From contig OY986950.1 in NCBI GenBank assembly GCA_963920595.1, forward strand, positions 310,001 through 374,000: DNA of 64,000 nucleotides. The letters are read 5' to 3'. Positions 62,173 to 64,000 of the stretch are shown here, one piece after another (positions within the stretch are counted from its first letter, which is position 1; the number at the start of each line of letters is the position of its first letter). This DNA is from Eimeria praecox (Eukaryota). The position numbers were made by a program, and so were the translations under genes. The notes under the pieces are model-generated. The model had not been told where the DNA came from. It saw only the letters and a program-made list of their open reading frames with translations, and did not search any database.

Positions 62173-63600
62173 TGCGGAGCATGTGGTTGCAGTTATTTTG
62201 GAAAGGCCTCCGGAGCACAGCTCAGGCTAAACCTATGTCCTAATGTTATTGTAGCAGCTGATATAGACGAGTGTGCGTTAAACGTGCTGGCTGGCGGCCA
62301 GAGAGTGCAGGTCTGCTCGGCAAGGCACTATGGTGTGATTTGCCTGCCGAAAGAATATGAGGTGTTTACTGCCAGAGCGCTGGATTGGTGTTATTGGCGC
62401 ACCCAATACACAGTTCAGCTAGGATATTTTTGTTGCAAATATAGCTTTGCTGCCAGCGCGGAAATCCGTGAAAGGGTTAAACATACTGTGCGCCCACCAG
62501 CGGTCTACATGAATATTTCAGAATGCTACTGATGGTTCCTCATTTTCTTTATGAAGCGATGCTTGAACCGCCTGTGCAAATGGTAAGGACGTGCGTCGCG
62601 TCTGCCTGACTAGCATGCAATGCACGCATGCAGTGGTAGTACAGGGCATGCGAAGGGCCAGCAGGGCTACTCATGGCGAAGAGAACAAAAGCTAGCGCTT
62701 GGCGAGGGGTGTCGCGCCCTCATGAGGCTGGCTGTCACTCTTAATTCGCGGGTGCTCTTTGTTAGAAGATGCGCTTATTTATTGTGGAGAGGACGTGATT
62801 GCATGTTCCTCCGGCAAGCACCACGGAGGCAGTATCGAGAACCTGCAAGTGAGAAGAGAGGCATGCACTGCCTGTTCTATATGCCAGTCTTTCCGTCTGA
62901 CTGTAACTGTCGTGATGCGTGCAGTTGTGTTGCTTTAGCAGAAACGAACAGTGGAGTGCGCATTTGTCCATTTAGTGATAATTGTCCATTTCCCGCATAG
63001 GCGCTCTAGCAGGAGTATTGCTTTTGTGAGAAATGCACAAAACATTGTGCTAGCTATTTAAGCAGAGTCTACCGGGCACTAAGTTTTGCTCAGGATTCAG
63101 TGCCGCTTAGCTTGGAGTTTGGAGCCCGTGATACTTGCCTCTCCATTCAGTTACAGAGGCACGCGTCTGCTATACATCTAAGCAGGAAACCATATAGAGA
63201 CTGCCGGAATCAGTTTGGATACACAATGGCGAAGCTGCTCAAAACCAGCTGCCGCCTGGGGCCAGAAATACCGAAGATGCCTTGAAGCTTTTCCAGCAAA
63301 ACATTGGTCAGGCGGTGCGTAATCTGAATGCATAATGCAAAAATGAACTTTGCGGCTGAAAGTACAGTCCACTAACGTCATTGGCCGAAGGCGATTCTTT
63401 GGGAATCCCCATTAATGGGGAGGTCCTGAAATGCAGCCAGAGAGTAGCGGGGCAATGCAGAAGTGCCTCATAGTCAAGCGAAGTAAACCCATGAGCCTAT
63501 TTGTTCAGGTGGTTCTGTGTTTTGGCTTCAGTGTAATGCGTGCTAGCTGTGGAAGCTTGAATGCGTGCGCTGTCAGCACCCTAGGATACACGCCAACACG

Positions 63601-63757
63601 GACAGGTAGGTAGGCAGGTAGGTAAGTACATAGGTAGGTAGGTTGCCAGGTAGGTTGGTTGGTAGGTAGGTTGGCAGATAGGTAGGTAGTAGGCAGATAG
63701 GGAAGGTAGGGAAGGCAGGTAGGAAGGTAGGCAGAGAGGGAGGGAAAGAGGGAGGGC
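63601..63757 (+). repeat. Degenerate purine-rich microsatellite (GGTA/GGCA/GGAA/GGGA)n
   Basis: GGTAGGTAGGCAGGTAGGTA... grading into GGAAGG/GAGGGAGGG. Confidence 0.9.
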
Positions 63758-64000
63758 CAGGATGGTGAACCCTAATGCTAGCAGTTCTCTCTGGGAGAGA
63801 TAGCTTTTAGCATAGACGTGGTTGCGTTATATGCAATTATGAGTGCAGGCTACCAGTTAAAAAGGAAATTATTAATACGAGCGGCCTCACTCAAAGTTTT
63901 GAGCTCCATAGCGACTGACGAAATGCCTGTCTGCCTCCAGTGAAACATGTTCCTCCCGCAAGGCGGTGTGTTAGTGAACCAAGATATTTCAGTGGTAGAG

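Larger units (their letters stand above)
53500..62500 (-). mobile_element. Decayed Ty3/gypsy element(s) (gag-like, RT duplicated, integrase); boundaries approximate
   Basis: Minus strand: SPLDLRGSTLPFATAKED (~STLDL..GFHQIRM..ED, ~55800 and ~57920), KKTFQT..IVPFG (~KTAF..VMPFG), RYW..DSYVE..RKAG (~54330-54220), GHLDPHFA (~SDRDPRFT, ~54180), NARQLEQIQCTL (~NRTLEQMLR.Y, ~54000), and a gag-like helix VNKLVTIMEKANADIP (~61870). Confidence 0.68.

Noticed and set aside
1..64000. Short ORFs of the six-frame track as functional protein-coding genes
   Set aside because: All are <=243 aa, overlap on both strands, mostly start at non-ATG codons and show composition-driven residue bias. Only scattered degenerate retroelement motifs are recognisable. 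A highly spliced gene cannot be fully excluded.
1..64000. CRISPR array
   Set aside because: The repeats are whole-unit tandem copies of 0.4-3.3 kb with no short repeat/unique spacer alternation and no cas genes; the context is eukaryotic.

Overview
Eukaryotic, gene-free window with no credible intact protein or RNA gene. Recurrent TGCATGCA octamers, sporadic GGGTTTA heptamers and the retroelement remnants suggest a coccidian apicomplexan (Eimeria/Cyclospora-like); this is inference. More than half of the window is tandem arrays or local duplications with periods of 428, 1729, 1168, 433, 2635, 3258/3170, 1366 and 2115 bp. Reading the six frames by eye, almost the whole window looks like about six heavily decayed Ty3/gypsy (chromovirus-type) LTR-retrotransposon bodies, and the arrays look like internal gag/protease/RT/RNase H/integrase segments amplified in place after the elements died. 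In 1-17.1 kb, three different satellites and the unique stretches between them keep the domain order of one minus-strand element. Other notable features are three near-perfect 29-43 bp-arm hairpins (one pair back-to-back), a steep G+T strand skew toward the left end, and mosaic (gene-conversion-like) patterns between repeat copies. All retroelement calls are by-eye motif matches to remembered Ty3/gypsy consensus and need HMM/tBLASTn confirmation.
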